The position numbers and the translations under genes are program-made. 61,635 bases of DNA. Origin: a virus (lineage: Duplodnaviria > Heunggongvirae > Uroviricota > Caudoviricetes). Each line of letters starts with the position of its first letter. Within the stretch, counting starts at the first letter, position 1. Positions 8,437 through 17,524 of this stretch are shown piece after piece. Below the pieces are notes generated by a model that was given only the letters and a program-made list of their open reading frames with translations, made no database searches and was not told the DNA's origin. The stretch spans positions 64,001 to 125,635 of IMG/VR virus record IMGVR_UViG_3300033049_000033; one strand, given 5' to 3'.

Positions 8437-8474
8437 AGTTTGGTGGTGTGGATTTAATTGCTTATCATTGTAGT

Positions 8475-8885
8475 ATGAAGCAACTTACAAAAGTAGAAAT
8501 CATTGACCTCATATTCACTAATGGATATGAGAAGAAGCCCGAAAGTCGAGCAATTAATGTAACCAATAGTGGCTACCAATCAGGATGTTTTTATTACGAT
8601 AAAGAAACTAATCGTAAGTGTGCCGTTGGTGCTTGCATGAACGCCAAAGGCATAAATGACTATGGCGAATTTGGTGGTAGTGTTGAGGGGTTAAGCGAGA
8701 CAATCAAAAATGGTACAAGAAATCAACTGGATGATTATCTCTACAAGAAATATAGTGGACATTCAATTGATTTTTGGCTTGAGGTTCAAGCCTTACACGA
8801 TGTTGCTGCATATTGGGATGAGAAAGGTCTTAATTTAGAGGGTAAAAGAGTCAAAGACCAGTTGATAGAAGACCATTCCGAATAA
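8475..8885 (+). CDS. hypothetical protein
   Basis: MKQLTK..., directly after the promoter repeat at 8439. Confidence 0.75.
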   Translation: MKQLTKVEIIDLIFTNGYEKKPESRAINVTNSGYQSGCFYYDKETNRKCAVGACMNAKGINDYGEFGGSVEGLSETIKNGTRNQLDDYLYKKYSGHSIDFWLEVQALHDVAAYWDEKGLNLEGKRVKDQLIEDHSE

Positions 8886-8924
8886 TATTTGGTGGTGTGG
8901 ATTTAATTGCTTACCTTTAGTATC

Positions 8925-9218
8925 ATGGAACAAGACACATACACAACAGACGTTATCTTCAGAAAAGAAAAGGACAAAACTATTGTCGCAATCTTTCCCT
9001 ATTCAATTTATAACCAAAAAGGTTTAGTTGACTGTTACGCCCACTTAGGACAACATAGTGGATGCGACTACAATCACATGGTCAACACCACTAAATTAGC
9101 TACTCCAGTAGAATACGCTGACCTGAAAAAAGAATTAGAAGGGGTTGGATATAAGTTCAGGGTTATCCGTAAGCGACATTATAATACGTACATCAATAGG
9201 GTGTACGGCATTCGTTAA
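8925..9218 (+). CDS. hypothetical protein
   Basis: MEQDTY..., after the promoter repeat at 8888. Confidence 0.75.
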   Translation: MEQDTYTTDVIFRKEKDKTIVAIFPYSIYNQKGLVDCYAHLGQHSGCDYNHMVNTTKLATPVEYADLKKELEGVGYKFRVIRKRHYNTYINRVYGIR

Positions 9219-9283
9219 TATCCGTACACATTTGTGTATATGGATTCTTTTCCGTACCTATGTAGTACACTAACACAACAACG

Positions 9284-9649
9284 ATGAATATTCAAGACCT
9301 ACAAACAAAACTCCGTACTATTCCACAACTAAAAGACTTTGTGTGGACTGAGGATAATTATGGTACTATGGAAGTTGGCACTAAGACCTTCAAAGATAGT
9401 GGCAAAAATGAATACAAACTTGGTAATCAGTATTCTATTTTCCTTGCGCACATGTATGAAGGTCAACCAACAAAAGAATTCTTTTATATAATCATGGCAA
9501 GAAGTTCAGAATGTCGAGGCTTTAGAAAACACTCATTCTATACTATTGAGTTTAACAAAAGATTCATTAGTGGTAATAGCGTTGAGATAGTTTTCGCTAA
9601 GTTCAACGAATTGTTTACAAATACACGAAATCCTTACGAATTCTTATAA
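9284..9649 (+). CDS. hypothetical protein
   Basis: 121 aa, promoter TTTG(9231)-N20-TACCTATG. Confidence 0.75.
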   Translation: MNIQDLQTKLRTIPQLKDFVWTEDNYGTMEVGTKTFKDSGKNEYKLGNQYSIFLAHMYEGQPTKEFFYIIMARSSECRGFRKHSFYTIEFNKRFISGNSVEIVFAKFNELFTNTRNPYEFL

Positions 9650-9705
9650 AAAGATTTGGTGGTGTCAAAATAATTGCTTACCTATGCAATACACAAACAA
9701 CTACT

Positions 9706-10173
9706 ATGAGCAAATCAATTACAATAGAACAATTCAAGGAAATATACAAGGCATTCCGTCCACAAACACAACAGACCTTAATCACACGACACGCTGATGA
9801 AATTCTATTTGAGGAAGAGGTAATATTCTCACAAGAAGAAATAGCCGACCTTAGACCAAATGCTTCGACAACACAAGCCCAAGTATTAAATAACATCTTT
9901 GGCATTGCCGATAAAGGTCTGAAATGTGGAGACATTGTTAAGCTGATTGCATTTCCCGAAAACAAAGACTATTGGATATGTACCAATGTTAATACTAACT
10001 CAGGAGAAGTGGGTTTCCCAATAGGTTCTTACTTCGTGGTTATGAGTAAAACCAAGACTACGTATCAAGGTGGAATAATGCACACACTTGGAACAATTGA
10101 AGGTAATAGATTGGGTGGTTTGCCTGACGAATACATGGAAAAGGTGGCATTATTTATCCCAAATGATAAATAA
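9706..10173 (+). CDS. hypothetical protein
   Basis: 155 aa, promoter at 9655. Confidence 0.75.
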   Translation: MSKSITIEQFKEIYKAFRPQTQQTLITRHADEILFEEEVIFSQEEIADLRPNASTTQAQVLNNIFGIADKGLKCGDIVKLIAFPENKDYWICTNVNTNSGEVGFPIGSYFVVMSKTKTTYQGGIMHTLGTIEGNRLGGLPDEYMEKVALFIPNDK

Positions 10174-10242
10174 AATTGAAGAAAAACTTGCACAGTCCAA
10201 ATAAGTTACCTATATTTGTTTCACACTAAAGCGACAAGCACC

Positions 10243-10773
10243 ATGAACAACAAAACAAAATTAGTAATCCTTAAAACCCTTATCAACGATGGCGGTTCAG
10301 CTACATTTGCAAGGGTTGAAGCAACCGTATCACAAAAGCAACTGAAACGTGGCAATCCATTACGTGATGCAGTAGTTACGAAAGATGTAGTGTTCAATGT
10401 TATGCTGAACGCCAACTACGGCAAAATGGTTAATCGTAGATTGAAAGCGGAGAACAAAGATGCAAATTTTGTACCTAAGCAAAACTGGCATCAAAAAGCA
10501 TACGATGGGGTTAACGGCTCAATCGTAGAAAAGCGAAGCGACACTTCATGCAAATACCTAATGGTAATTGTAAGTAAGACCACAACCGAAGCGTACTTTG
10601 TTAACGGTGTTCTTGCAACTCCAAGCGAAGTGGAAACCATTAAGGAATTTAAGCCGAAAGTAAGTGGTTCGGAAGGACAAGGACTAAGCAAAGAAAAAGA
10701 AGTTATCGTTCGCACCATTGCACTTGACAATATCAACCTTGTAAAATGTGGCGCAACCGTACTATTCGGATAA
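10243..10773 (+). CDS. basic hypothetical protein
   Basis: MNNKTK..., own promoter CTTG-N20-TATATTTG and terminator. Confidence 0.75.
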   Translation: MNNKTKLVILKTLINDGGSATFARVEATVSQKQLKRGNPLRDAVVTKDVVFNVMLNANYGKMVNRRLKAENKDANFVPKQNWHQKAYDGVNGSIVEKRSDTSCKYLMVIVSKTTTEAYFVNGVLATPSEVETIKEFKPKVSGSEGQGLSKEKEVIVRTIALDNINLVKCGATVLFG

Positions 10774-10801
10774 ACCAATACCATACCATAAACCTATTAA
10801 G

Positions 10802-10827
10802 GAGCACTCTAACGGGTGCTCTTTTTT
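10802..10827 (+). terminator. Rho-independent terminator
   Basis: GAGCACTC-TAAC-GGGTGCTC-TTTTT. Confidence 0.8.
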
Positions 10828-10962
10828 ATTTGGTGGCATTACACCTATTAGCATAGATAATCCATTAGACACGTTGTTATGACCCTTACAAATAACTTAA
10901 ACTATTATTTGGTGGTGTGGATTTAATTGCTTAACTATGCAGTACACTAACAAACAGAAATA

Positions 10963-11286
10963 ATGACGTATTCACAACGATGGATTAGAGGAATTGAAAT
11001 CAAAGCTAACGATAATGAAATTGGTATTGCAATACTGAAATCCAAATATAAACACCTAAAGGTTGGTGATGTTGTTGGTTCGGCTTTTGACGACACAATA
11101 GGTCAAATAAAAGGGTTTTATTTCTGTTACACGACAAAAAGTGTTCACGCAATATTAGGTAACGAATCTTCATTGGGTGTGAAATTTTTAAGTGTTGGTA
11201 ACGAATCAGATAAACGTATATTCAACTACTTTGCCGATATAAATTCAAACCCAGTAAAACGTAGAATGGGAATGCTATTAAATTAA
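10963..11286 (+). CDS. hypothetical protein
   Basis: 107 aa, promoter repeat at 10908. Confidence 0.7.
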   Translation: MTYSQRWIRGIEIKANDNEIGIAILKSKYKHLKVGDVVGSAFDDTIGQIKGFYFCYTTKSVHAILGNESSLGVKFLSVGNESDKRIFNYFADINSNPVKRRMGMLLN

Positions 11287-11297
11287 TCCAATACAAT

Positions 11298-11504
11298 ATG
11301 AAAAAAAGTGAACGCATTGTTAATGTGAGATTTTCAGGTCATGGTCATTACAAAGTTACCATAGTCAGATACGGTGTTGAACACACGGCAACCATTGACG
11401 ATATGCCAACAATTGATAACTATAAAGATGGTACAGAGGTTGCAGCTAACAACCTATACGATATGGTCATTAGGAAATGTAACCTCGCCAAGTATTCTTA
11501 TTAA
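11298..11504 (+). CDS. hypothetical protein
   Basis: 68-aa ORF. Confidence 0.6.
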   Translation: MKKSERIVNVRFSGHGHYKVTIVRYGVEHTATIDDMPTIDNYKDGTEVAANNLYDMVIRKCNLAKYSY

Positions 11505-12118
11505 CCATACATCTTTAGCACGTTGTTAGAAAAAGTTAATAACGTGTCAACGTTAGCGGAGTTTTTCATTCGATTAGCCAAAAATGAAATAACTTGTATA
11601 TTACCTTTCACGTAACCCTTAGTGGGGTCTATTCTATCTAAAGAAGGTGAAAAATCAGTAGCCTCTGAATTGGAGTACTCTAATGGTACATTCAAAAATG
11701 GACATTCGTTAATCAATATTATGTCCTCACTAAAAATGTTAAACTCAAGTTTACCCTCTTTCGCCCTTTTAGACGCTCCATTATGTAAACGATTCCTAAC
11801 ACTCTTGCCACCATTAGGGATATGATTTTGTAATATTAATATAGTTTCACCATATTCAGAATATAATCTATTAACTACGTTGTCATTAATCATACCAATA
11901 TTCTTTAATACTTTTGGATAATACATTACTAATTCGTATATTTGTTTTTTAGTAGTATTATTAACATCAAATACTACTTCACATAATGTATCGTCTACCG
12001 TAGTGTCACTATCATAACACTCTACAATATATTGTAGAACCGATTCTGGATTGAAGAAATATCTATTATATAATCCACCCCTACGTTTTAATTTTCTTTT
12101 TACTTGTTTTAAGCTCAT
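11501..12118 (-). CDS. HNH-like (beta-beta-alpha) endonuclease, probably freestanding homing type
   Basis: CPFLNVPL...SPSLDRIDPTKGYVKGNIQVISFLANRMK; likely start MSLKQVK at 12118 with the late motif at 12123-12130. Confidence 0.65.
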   Translation of the reverse strand: MSLKQVKRKLKRRGGLYNRYFFNPESVLQYIVECYDSDTTVDDTLCEVVFDVNNTTKKQIYELVMYYPKVLKNIGMINDNVVNRLYSEYGETILILQNHIPNGGKSVRNRLHNGASKRAKEGKLEFNIFSEDIILINECPFLNVPLEYSNSEATDFSPSLDRIDPTKGYVKGNIQVISFLANRMKNSANVDTLLTFSNNVLKMYG

Positions 12119-12139
12119 ATTAATAAATATAATACTAAA

Positions 12140-12325
12140 CCCAAAAAGACCCCCTCCCCCGTTAAAACTTCCTACACCCCCCCCCATAGCCCCCTCCTAT
12201 GTAACCCCTCTTATATACCCCCCGTGTACCTTGTTATAAGGGTGTGTGATGTAGCGCGTAAAATTTCTGACAGATTTTTTTACTATTTTACTAAGGTCGA
12301 TACCCTCAATCAAAAAATTTTTCAG
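12140..12325. other. non-coding boundary with clustered C runs and an AAAAAATTTTT tract
   Basis: At least 7 runs of 4 or more C in ~90 bp in an AT-rich genome; separates the repeat-promoter region from the rest. Confidence 0.6.
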
Positions 12326-12330
12326 AAATA

Positions 12331-12362
12331 TTTGCATATGTCCCACAAAATGCGTATCTTTG
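12331..12362 (+). promoter_or_regulatory. Bacteroidota-type promoter
   Basis: TTTG-N20-TATCTTTG; same architecture at 16211, 20462, 23117, 23995, 25788, 27616, 33726 (+) and near 33685 and 51790 (-). Confidence 0.8.
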
Positions 12363-12384
12363 TAAAAAAATATGACAATGATTA

Positions 12385-12618
12385 ATGTGTCGAAGTTTAT
12401 TGGTGATGATTGATTTAGACAAATATGTGGGTGACACTAAGAGGAGGTTAATTATGACCAAGAGGGGTCATATATCTATAAATATTCACGATGACAATGA
12501 TTTGGATTTAGGTATTTTGATTGAGGGTGTCATACGGGATAAACTCAATGATGGTACCACACTCTATAAATATACACAAACCGTATTAGACTTAACGATA
12601 TTAACGGGTTGGAAATGA
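12385..12618 (+). CDS. hypothetical protein
   Basis: ORF after the promoter; start uncertain. Confidence 0.5.
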   Translation: MCRSLLVMIDLDKYVGDTKRRLIMTKRGHISINIHDDNDLDLGILIEGVIRDKLNDGTTLYKYTQTVLDLTILTGWK

Positions 12619-12863
12619 AATCACTGCATCAATATATTAATAACCCCAATTTCCATTGCTTATGTGTTGGTGAAGAGTGTCTTATAATCCCTACCAATCG
12701 GACAACTGATGGGTTTGATAGTATTATATTCAATATGGCTTTACGTTCGTTAACCCTTAGTCGTAATGTCAGGGAGGCTCAGAGAATAGTGGCTAACTCG
12801 GTACTTCAAGTGCAAAATTTGTCTAAGGTTATACAACCTACATCTATAATTTGGAATGATTAA
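12609..12863 (+). CDS. hypothetical protein
   Basis: 84-aa ORF, coupled to neighbours. Confidence 0.5.
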   Translation: MEMKSLHQYINNPNFHCLCVGEECLIIPTNRTTDGFDSIIFNMALRSLTLSRNVREAQRIVANSVLQVQNLSKVIQPTSIIWND

Positions 12864-13069
12864 TTTAGAAGAATATAAAAATAGGGATGACCTTTTCTTA
12901 TTAGCAATGGGTAATGTTGTGCTTAAGGTTAAGTCCCAGAATGTTAACTCACAATTCTCATTGATAGTCAGAGGGGTAATGTTGAGGAATAATAATTTAA
13001 TCAAAACGTAATATTCCACATTAAAGACAGCGTACCATTAACCGCCATACATATAACAGTATTACCGAA

Positions 13070-13552
13070 GTGATAGAAGATAATTTATATATGATTTTAG
13101 AGGATGGCACCAAGATACTTCTTGAGGTGGGCAGATGCTACGGTGCGTTCGATTATGGTTCATTCGATATGTATATTGATAACAGACAAGAGCATGACGG
13201 TATCTGGTCTGCTAAGTGGGGGGAGAGGCGTGAAGGAAGCCCCGACACTGAATTATACCTACACCTTGAGGGTTTTGTTAATGCCCAATTAAAGCTTAAA
13301 GAGTTGAGTGTGAATGAATATGTTAGAAATCTAAAAATATGGGCTAACGTATCGATTGAGAATCCTGTGGTATTGCCACAGAGTCTTGAATTTGCATATC
13401 TGAGTATTAATGCAGTTTATTCTAATTTGGTGGACTTTGCCCATACTGACACTGATATTGTCATATGCAGTGATGACTCAATAATATTAAACGATTGTCA
13501 TTTATTATCTTATAACAAGATATCCGAGGAGTTTACACATACCGAATGGTAA
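13070..13552 (+). CDS. paralog family member 1 (FNIP/LRR-like C-terminus)
   Basis: YMILEDGTKI...NPVVLPQSLEFAYL...SNLVDF. Confidence 0.75.
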   Translation: MIEDNLYMILEDGTKILLEVGRCYGAFDYGSFDMYIDNRQEHDGIWSAKWGERREGSPDTELYLHLEGFVNAQLKLKELSVNEYVRNLKIWANVSIENPVVLPQSLEFAYLSINAVYSNLVDFAHTDTDIVICSDDSIILNDCHLLSYNKISEEFTHTEW

Positions 13553-13556
13553 TAAT

Positions 13557-13772
13557 ATGGAAAATAGAGAAATAGATACATTAATATCCTACTACGTCAG
13601 ACTCTGGTCTGACGGCATGTATGAGGTTATAAAAACAATCAAAAAGATAGACATGTCAAGTTGGTCACATACTGAATTATCCAACATTAATGAGGTGGTT
13701 TTTACGGGTCGTATATCGGATTGTGAGAGCTTCATAAATTTAGATAGTCAAAGGTTAATTAAGGATGACTGA
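13557..13772 (+). CDS. hypothetical protein (non-paralog inside the array)
   Basis: 71 aa, lacks the family motifs. Confidence 0.6.
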   Translation: MENREIDTLISYYVRLWSDGMYEVIKTIKKIDMSSWSHTELSNINEVVFTGRISDCESFINLDSQRLIKDD

Positions 13773-14202
13773 TAGGCAAGGATATATGATATTAAAGGAT
13801 GGTCGAAAGGTAACACTATCGCTTGGTTGCGCTTACGGCTCATATGATTACAAACAGGATGACGAAGACGGGAAACGTAAAAATTATCCCCCCACATATA
13901 TGAATACTGGCCATTCCCATGGAGGTGTGGAAGGTTTGAATTGGGGTATGACTTATCCTAATGACGAATATGGTGACGCTTTAATTATTGAGAATACGGA
14001 CATTGAGCTTATTAGTTTGGTATTGCCAAAAGGTATTACTTATCTATCGCTCGACTATAAAATAACGGTTATGGAACCAGTAATCTTACCATCTGGAATG
14101 GAGGGGTTATATGCTGGGTCTAATATAACCTTCACCAACATAGGGGACTTTAGTGATACTGAGGTTGATTTTGTTTTAGGTTATGATAAATATGATGACT
14201 GA
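13765..14202 (+). CDS. paralog family member 2
   Basis: GYMILKDGRKV...LVLPKGITYL...EPVILPSGM...TNIGDF. Confidence 0.8.
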   Translation: MTDRQGYMILKDGRKVTLSLGCAYGSYDYKQDDEDGKRKNYPPTYMNTGHSHGGVEGLNWGMTYPNDEYGDALIIENTDIELISLVLPKGITYLSLDYKITVMEPVILPSGMEGLYAGSNITFTNIGDFSDTEVDFVLGYDKYDD

Positions 14203-14599
14203 CAGTAAAATGATTTTAATGGACGGTACTGAAGTATCGTTAAAACAATTTAGAATATACGACAATAAAGTGTTTGGTACTGCGTATGAAGACTGTAGAT
14301 GTGAATTAGATGGTAGAATATGGTCTGCGAAATGGGCTGATGCCACTTATGATGGTGTTACTTTTAAGCGTGGAGCATTTGCTCTTAATCTACTAATGGT
14401 AGAACCCATCAAAGAATTAATCATAGCTGACGACATAACACATGTCTTTGCCGCTAAAGCAATAGTAAAGCAACCAATTGTAGTACCAACTGGAATTATG
14501 GTTATTATAATAACCAATCATTGTACGATTGTAAACACTGAATTATTCATAGGTGTAGATTCAGCAATTTTGCAGATTATATCAGATGAACGACTCTAA
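14183..14599 (+). CDS. paralog family member 3
   Basis: MILMDGTEV...IWSAKW (shared with member 1)...QPIVVPTGI...NTELF. Confidence 0.75.
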   Translation: MINMMTDSKMILMDGTEVSLKQFRIYDNKVFGTAYEDCRCELDGRIWSAKWADATYDGVTFKRGAFALNLLMVEPIKELIIADDITHVFAAKAIVKQPIVVPTGIMVIIITNHCTIVNTELFIGVDSAILQIISDERL

Positions 14600-14601
14600 T
14601 C

Positions 14602-15000
14602 ATGAAATCACGATTAGAAGACGGTACAGAATTTGAAGTTAGGCTCAATTATAATTATAGTACGAGAGATTATAATGTGGGTATAACGTATTGTCGTTCT
14701 GGTGAATTAGGGACAACCCTGCGATGGGGCGAGTTAGACTTGACCAAGCCTTGGGTTAGTGATGGTTTGGATAGTTGTGTATTTGAAAATATACGTGGTA
14801 TCCACAGTGGGTATGTGTTGTCATTCGACAGGCTTATATTACCTAAAGACATTCAACAGATATTCATTACTCGTTTTATAACGATAAAGGAGCCTATAAT
14901 GCTACCTAAAACTATAATAGACGTTAAGATACCAAAATATATATCTATATCCAATTTAGAGGAGTTTACGTATATGGAAAATAACATAAGACTAATATGA
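14602..15000 (+). CDS. paralog family member 4
   Basis: LEDGTEF...LILPKDI...EPIMLPKTI...SNLEEF. Confidence 0.8.
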   Translation: MKSRLEDGTEFEVRLNYNYSTRDYNVGITYCRSGELGTTLRWGELDLTKPWVSDGLDSCVFENIRGIHSGYVLSFDRLILPKDIQQIFITRFITIKEPIMLPKTIIDVKIPKYISISNLEEFTYMENNIRLI

Positions 15001-15398
15001 TAGACGGATACGCAATAGGGTTGGATGGAACGAGATTTTCTATAAAGACTGGACTAATTTATTGTAGTGTTTTCGCACATAGAGACGAATGGGTATCAAC
15101 AATCGAACACTCTGGGTATGACAATGTTAGTATAGTTATACCCCATCTAGGTAATATGGCGTTCATTAATACTATATACCTTGAGGGTTCGGAATTAAGC
15201 CCTATAAGATTAAAATCGTTAGCATTACCATCAAGTGTTAGGGAAGTAGTAATGAACCAACACGTATACATTGAAGATGGTTTTACGTTACCATATGATA
15301 TTAGTTATATTGAACTTGATGGGCGATTATCTATTAACAATTTAACAGATTTTATAGATGATGATAGTGTCAATATAGCTTTATTCACAAATACATGA
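14997..15398 (+). CDS. paralog family member 5
   Basis: GYAIGLDGTRF...LALPSSV...FTLPYDI...NNLTDF. Confidence 0.8.
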   Translation: MIDGYAIGLDGTRFSIKTGLIYCSVFAHRDEWVSTIEHSGYDNVSIVIPHLGNMAFINTIYLEGSELSPIRLKSLALPSSVREVVMNQHVYIEDGFTLPYDISYIELDGRLSINNLTDFIDDDSVNIALFTNT

Positions 15399-15805
15399 AA
15401 AAAGGATACATAATACTGAATACTGGAGAACGTATCAAGATTGAATTAGGTTACACTTATGGTACGTATGACGTATTGGTGGATGCCACAACCACACCAA
15501 TATACGTAGGTGAAGAACTTGTTAGAATTAGGTTAGAGTCTAATGGGTTCGGTCTGGCTGCGACATATTACGAAACAACTATTCATTTTGAATCTAGCAG
15601 TCATCCTTTAATAATTAAAAAGATGGTATTACCAAAGGGTATAACAGAATTACATATTAGTCACGACATTTCAGTTTTGGAGCCTGTATGGATACCTAAC
15701 ACCATTAAAGAGTTAACGATTATGTCGACTGTGACTATAAGTAATTTAGATGAGTTTATTAATAGAGATGATACAATAATAGAATTAACAGTTCCATGGC
15801 TATAA
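15395..15805 (+). CDS. paralog family member 6
   Basis: GYIILNTGERI...MVLPKGI...EPVWIPNTI...SNLDEF. Confidence 0.8.
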   Translation: MKKGYIILNTGERIKIELGYTYGTYDVLVDATTTPIYVGEELVRIRLESNGFGLAATYYETTIHFESSSHPLIIKKMVLPKGITELHISHDISVLEPVWIPNTIKELTIMSTVTISNLDEFINRDDTIIELTVPWL

Positions 15806-16209
15806 AGACAGGATACGCAATATTAGATTCAGGAAAACGTATACCCATTAAAGTTGGCCATGCGTATAGTAAAATATCGGCTAAGTTGTTAGGGTTACAG
15901 TTGGAACCTCATAAGCATGATTTGGATTATATTCACGTTGTAGATTATAACAATATTAATATGGTCTTCGAGAAAGACCACACCAAAGTATTATCCATAA
16001 CGGGAGGGGTAGACAATCCATTTATCATCGACAAACTAGAGATACCGATTGAGGTAGAGAGCTTGGAAATACATAACTGGGTCTGGATTAGTACTCCTAT
16101 TACTTTACCAGATAGTATTAAAATAGCTAGAATGCCAAGTCACGTTTCACTAACCAATATAGATGATTTCACTAACAAGAGTGATGTCCGTATCGTTTTT
16201 AGACGATAG
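15796..16209 (+). CDS. paralog family member 7
   Basis: GYAILDSGKRI...LEIPIEV...TPITLPDSI...TNIDDF. Confidence 0.8.
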   Translation: MAIKTGYAILDSGKRIPIKVGHAYSKISAKLLGLQLEPHKHDLDYIHVVDYNNINMVFEKDHTKVLSITGGVDNPFIIDKLEIPIEVESLEIHNWVWISTPITLPDSIKIARMPSHVSLTNIDDFTNKSDVRIVFRR

Positions 16210-16272
16210 ATTTGCATTTGTCAAAAACATTTTGTATCTTTGTAACTCAATAGATTAATTAAATAACAAAAT

Positions 16273-16671
16273 ATGTATAAAGTAACAGTAAAAGGTAAGG
16301 CCACAGTTGTCGTATCAGATTACGAAGGTAATGATGTGGTATTTGATAACTTATCAGAGCTAAACGGCATTGATTGTCAGGATTGTTTTTGTGACTACAT
16401 TGACGATGATTATGACGGTGCAGTTTCTGGTGGATATATGGACTTCCGATATGAGGATGGCGAGTTAATAACTTACACCGTGTACGATTCCAAAAGAGAA
16501 TTAACTGACGATGAGTTGGCAAAATTGGAAGGGTATACTTCTGGTCAATGGTCAGATGGTATCGGAGAAGGATTCGAGCAGGTTGCATGTGCTGAGGTAG
16601 ATGAAGGTGAAGTATTTATTTCTCCTTGGTTTGGTGGTCAAACAAGAACAATCACTCAAGAAAAAGTATAA
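16273..16671 (+). CDS. acidic hypothetical protein
   Basis: 132 aa with a GQWSDGIGEGFEQ motif; promoter at 16211. Confidence 0.75.
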   Translation: MYKVTVKGKATVVVSDYEGNDVVFDNLSELNGIDCQDCFCDYIDDDYDGAVSGGYMDFRYEDGELITYTVYDSKRELTDDELAKLEGYTSGQWSDGIGEGFEQVACAEVDEGEVFISPWFGGQTRTITQEKV

Positions 16672-16724
16672 TGGGCTTTCTATCGCCATTCCACTTGGCA
16701 TAGCTAAGATAACCAAAAAATTAG

Positions 16725-17096
16725 ATGATAATGAGTAAAGAAATAGATAATTTTATTGGTACACTGTACCATCCCAAGTATTTAATCAGTATGAAGGACT
16801 TCACAATAAACTGCTATATGCACCACAACGATGGTGAGAGCGATGAGGATATTGCGAAGCATTCTGGTAGTTGCTATGGGTATGCTATATTCTTGAATCA
16901 AAGAACACATATAGACTTATTTTTGGGTAATACTACTAGGTTTAAGAATTTTGGTAAGTATACTGAATTAGAAAGCGGATATAGTCGCATTGTATTCAAT
17001 AATGGTACAGAGCTTATTTTCGACCCAGAGGGTTATGCTGGCGATGGAAGTGTTGAGCAATTGATTGGTCTTTATGATGAACTCGAAATGATTTAA
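16725..17096 (+). CDS. hypothetical protein
   Basis: 123-aa ORF. Confidence 0.65.
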   Translation: MIMSKEIDNFIGTLYHPKYLISMKDFTINCYMHHNDGESDEDIAKHSGSCYGYAIFLNQRTHIDLFLGNTTRFKNFGKYTELESGYSRIVFNNGTELIFDPEGYAGDGSVEQLIGLYDELEMI

Positions 17097-17140
17097 CAAA
17101 TAAATTTGGTAATGTCAAATATTTTACCTACCTTTGTAGT

Positions 17141-17524
17141 ATGGGATTAGCGATTAAACAATATAGACGCGCATATAGCACGATGCAAAGGATGCGCGAG
17201 TTCGTTCTCACTATAGAAGGTAATGACTACACTTTAGATGAGGTATATAATGGCGCACCAACTCTATTTAACGAGTTCATTTTTCATTCCGATTGTGAAG
17301 GAGGTTATATTTCATTTCGAACATTTGGAATAACTTCGTTAATATCTAAAACACTACAATGCGGTGACTTGGATAAGTTAAAGCTTGAAATGGAAGTATT
17401 GCGATTGGCATTAATTGGGTGGGACATAGATAGTACATCATCATCGTTAGACCCATTTAGGGACGCTATAAAGGAGTTTATATGTGATGTGGAGGAATCA
17501 GAAAACGTATTAGAATTTCACTAA
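17141..17524 (+). CDS. hypothetical protein
   Basis: Behind an outlier copy of the early promoter repeat (17105). Confidence 0.7.
   Translation: MGLAIKQYRRAYSTMQRMREFVLTIEGNDYTLDEVYNGAPTLFNEFIFHSDCEGGYISFRTFGITSLISKTLQCGDLDKLKLEMEVLRLALIGWDIDSTSSSLDPFRDAIKEFICDVEESENVLEFH

Larger units (their letters stand above)
528..10940 (+). repeat. dispersed ~32-bp promoter-cassette repeat (about 20 copies here, plus one at 17105), consensus TTTGGTRGTGTGGATTTAATTGCTTAYCWTTG
   Basis: TTTG starts at 528, 1051, 1805, 2260, 2696, 3225, 4826, 5031, 5637, 5886, 6164, 6437, 7019, 7359, 7688, 8090, 8439, 8888, 9655, 10908, and also 17105. Each has a TAnnTTTG-like box 19-20 nt downstream (Bacteroidota -33/-7 sigma-A architecture) and lies just upstream of an ORF or RNA. 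Confidence 0.9.

Noticed and set aside
7634-8475. ORF-track N-termini such as MLCVRAV... and MDLIAYHCS...
   Set aside because: They are translations of the terminator and promoter repeat; true starts lie downstream (7745, 8475)
528-10940. CRISPR array
   Set aside because: Repeats are spaced 200-1500 bp apart by whole ORFs, are degenerate and match promoter architecture; no cas genes
12119-12187. Gly-rich N-terminal extension of the HNH-like gene
   Set aside because: It derives from the C-run boundary; the late motif places the start at 12118
13070-16209. Diversity-generating retroelement
   Set aside because: No reverse transcriptase and no near-identical TR/VR pair differing only at adenines in the window
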